Source: Pecten maximus
Taxonomy: Eukaryota
Direction: 5' to 3'
NCBI RefSeq assembly: GCF_902652985.1
Contig: NC_047018.1
Coordinates: 50,220,001 to 50,284,000, forward strand
Length of the DNA stretch: 64,000 nucleotides
The position numbers and the translations under genes were made by a program. Below the pieces are notes generated by a model. It did no database searches, had not been told where the DNA came from, and worked only from the letters and a program-made list of their open reading frames with translations. This document shows, piece after piece, positions 60,314 through 64,000 of this stretch (its first letter is position 1; each line of letters begins with the position of its first letter).

Positions 60314-63300
60314 ATATGAACTTATCTATACACAAACTATGAATGTTGTCCCTAGGTGATGGTTCTAGTCAAACCCACTAATTGATATAACTAGTCATTA
60401 CGTGGTAGGGAACGCAATCAATCGGTCGGTTAAAGTGGGACAAAGAAAAACCCGAAGACCTGTTTCTTTGGAAGACATTTCAGCTCACCCCGCAGGAACC
60501 ATCAGCATCAGAAACAAGTCAAAATGGTACACCTGATGTAAAAAAAAAAAGCTCCCTGGTGCTTTCAGAATTGCAAAATGCTTACGCTAACATTTTAGAG
60601 CATTCAGGACATAAAAGATCAATGCCAAATTTATGCATTTTATATACATAATTTGCAAGATATATGTATATATGAGAGGTTGAAGCAAATTCTACTTAAA
60701 TGTGTTTCGATGAATTTAAAATGAGCTTTGATACAAAAACGTTAAGTCCTAAACATAGGAAACTTAAATTAGAAGAAAAAAATAGAATAATTCAATAATA
60801 TTTTTTTTGTAACTTTACTCTACTAAATGATTATTAACTTGATTCCGGTTTGGTGTCCTCCACCTCTTTTGTCTTGATCAATCAGTCTATATTGATATTG
60901 TACCTTCAAAATAGAGCAAATTATTTTCTAAATTCTCCTAATTTTCTTCTGTTTATCCCTTTTAAAATACATATTTATTTGATACAATTCAGATTATCTT
61001 TTTTATACTAAACAGATTATATTTTTAAATATGTCACAAGTACACGTATTTGCTTTTTTGCAGTTAGACGTACATACAAAACCATTTCAGGTAAAAGTAG
61101 ATTTCAATTGATTCCACCAGGAAAATGGGTATCTGAAAGCTCTTTTTACACATGTCAGACAATCTAACAGCTATATTCAGATACGTGCTGAATGTAAACT
61201 ATATAGCATTGTTAGATCTCCTATCCCTTAAAATGTATTATCTTATATAAGATATGTTATCACGATAATATGCACAATACATTATAAAATTATAATTTAA
61301 CTCATTCCATTATAACAATTATACACAACGAGAAAAACTTTTTTCCCCCAAGTATGTGTGTGTGTATTTCGGCACAAATTGCATGAAACTTGTAGAAAAA
61401 ATAATCTGATACTTTCTCAATTAAGAAAAGTAAAATAAGCGCCTATATCATCTATTGTTAAACGTACATGTAGTGAATGAGCGAATAGTGAAAATTGGAG
61501 ATAATATCTCATTTGCATATTTAAATTAATTTGAGCATAGTAACATTTAACATTTTTTTTTCTGGGGTCTGATCTAGCCCACCATCCTCCCTTTGGTGCC
61601 ATTCCTATAAAGGACTACTTACAACCGGAAACCAGGGTAAAGCCTGATTTACATATTTGTTAGTTTTAATCTTAAAATTAATTATAAAACATTAACCAAA
61701 AGAACAGGTCCTGAGTTATATATGCGCATATAGTACAAAATTCACTATTGGAATTTTCCTCACTACATGACAGTTGGTAAGATGCAGAAATGAATCAATA
61801 CTTTTAGGGAAATCGTTTGCTTTCAAACGTTAGGTGAACGTTACTATACGTATGCTTAGGAATGTTATTGAATATAATGAAACACAGCTTTCTGAACGCA
61901 GATAGACACAGAAATCTAATTTTCAAATGTACAGATTTTGATATTATATATGTACCCTTTGTCTGATCTTCAATGAAATTAGTAAATTAATGTATTTTTA
62001 AATCATTAGGTTTGCACACCAACGCTGTCACGAATGTTTTGCCTTATATATGAAGGCTGCTAAATAGTGGGATTAACGTCTCCAAACGAGACAAAGTGTG
62101 GTTTTCCTAGCTTGCCTGGGTTGTCACATGAACACAGTTCCCTGGTAGTTAAGCTTCTGAACTCTGACCCCTATCTGAGAGAGTGTCCTAGGCTCGGCTA
62201 TAACCGGAACAAGGACATTAATCTTCGTCAATCAACCCCTATATGAGTATAATGATAATCGTTATAATTCCAACTTTTAACTTGACTCTAGAACACATGT
62301 CGTGCTATGTTATGACCACCGGTACAGTTGAAAGATTAATTTATATTAAATTCAATTCGTCTTTACTGGACCTTTCATAACTACAACTGTATTTTTATAT
62401 ATAAATGTATTTTACCTACACATACCGTCATGAAAACATCACCCATTATCGCAATGATCATCCCAAAACGTCGTGTAACGGTAACGCGACTTAAATACAA
62501 GGTTGATCTCAAGATTTTGATCTTGATTTCTTTCTTTTACAGCCCTTCCCACAGGAAAGATATTGCTTTGCCCAATGGACTATGGTTATGTACGTATGGT
62601 TATTGAACACATATTCGGACATTATGTAAACGTGTTCCACGCGTGCAAAATAAGGAAAAGTCAACACAAATTATCATTCTAAATGCTGTACAAGGCTCGT
62701 CGTTAGTTCAAGAAAACAGGACAACGTAACTATTCGGACATCGTTAAATGACGGACTTAAATTGTCCAAACACTTAACTGTATATCATAATACGGTACTC
62801 ATCCAACCCTCATTTCATTTCTCGGCATACACATACAAAATAACTTGGCTACGCGCATGGTATTATCACCAAAATGATTCAAACTGATATCATTTTGTTA
62901 TCTTTATTTCACCAGCAGTTTTATATTATAAACACCTGCATTAAACTATGCCGTTTATCTTTTTTTAATGATATTTCTTGTTTCTTTTGATTTTCTCTTG
63001 TTTTCTTTTTTCTTCTTCGTTCTTTAAATGATAAAATCTCTTAGAAGAAATATAGATGTACTATACAGGTGTTTTCACATTTCAATATGGCCGAAGCAAG
63101 TTACAAATGAAGATATTGTAAAATCATCCATAGTGTTTTATTATATGGTAAAACAATTTATGTCCAAAATAACATATAAGTAACTATTAACATCTTAATA
63201 CTATCTTAACAATTACCCACGAAGAACAGGTGGGCGTGACAAACGTGCATTCGTTCCATGCTTAGTGGCACGTGCACACATCATTCAGTCGCGGACCAAC

Positions 63301-64000
63301 AAGGTTCCCCATGATTTTATTACGGGCCCGCCATTCCGTCATAGTTTCGTTTCCGCCTATATATATTTTTAACGAATACAGATATACAACTGTAATTTGG
63401 TATGTTAGTAGTTGTACGTAATGGTAAGATGCAGGTCATCTTCTGGTCATGGTCAATTTATTTTTAACCAGAGTTCTGGAATTTTAATAATTCTATATTA
63501 ATATAAAAATGTCCGGAATGTTGCAGCCAGCAATTATGGTCGATCTTAGTGGACTAATCCAAGTGTAATAAGCGAGAATGACCAGACATCATCTTATCCC
63601 CTTAGTAAAAATAAAATCATTAAAAAAAAAAAATTTCCCCAAAAAATATTATTTAATATTTTAGAGCCTTGTCTAACTCCAGTGAAAATTTTGAAAAACA
63701 CAGAGAAAACGTATTGCTTTGTAGTTTGAATTCTATTTTTTCTGAACAATCATGGTATTTATAACATGTATTATTTTAGATACTACATTTTAGATTATGC
63801 AGTTAGAAATTATTCTGTTTCAGATTAGTTACCATGGCTACTTCAGACAAAGCCACAATCTTATTCTAAAATATATCAAAAGTATCCTATTTTATGTAGC
63901 ATATCAAATTTTGATTCTATTCATTTTCATCCACATTACAATGTAATGCATTCTAAATTATGAAGAACTATTTTATCCGGTTCGTCAGATGAAAAATGAA

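Overview
AT-rich, intron-rich animal genomic DNA. The V-domain tRNA-SINEs, minisatellites and a hyper-Sec SELENOP suggest a mollusc, probably a bivalve; this is inference. Gene order: first coding exon of an FBXO32/FBXO25-type F-box gene (-), selenoprotein P (+), a Cys-type GPX7/GPX8-like peroxidase (-), CDC20 (+) and TRAPPC5 (-). The main result is invisible in the ORF track. Read by hand, SELENOP has three coding exons (8902-9098, 9697-9909, 10820-12302) encoding about 630 aa with 42 in-frame TGA codons. One is in the N-terminal UxxC motif; 41 are in the last exon, whose frame has no TAA/TAG until 12300. Two SECIS hairpins follow in the 3' UTR. The tail is built from (U/C)-x-(U/C) units, and 32 of the 41 tail UGAs are followed by C. 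Secondary findings: a U12-type intron in TRAPPC5, a head-to-head GPX7/8-CDC20 pair, a minisatellite that multiplies a CDC20 splice donor, a SINE and a LINE fragment sharing a 3' tail, and a tentative nested antisense exon chain in TRAPPC5 intron 3. All counts and coordinates are manual and should be recomputed.
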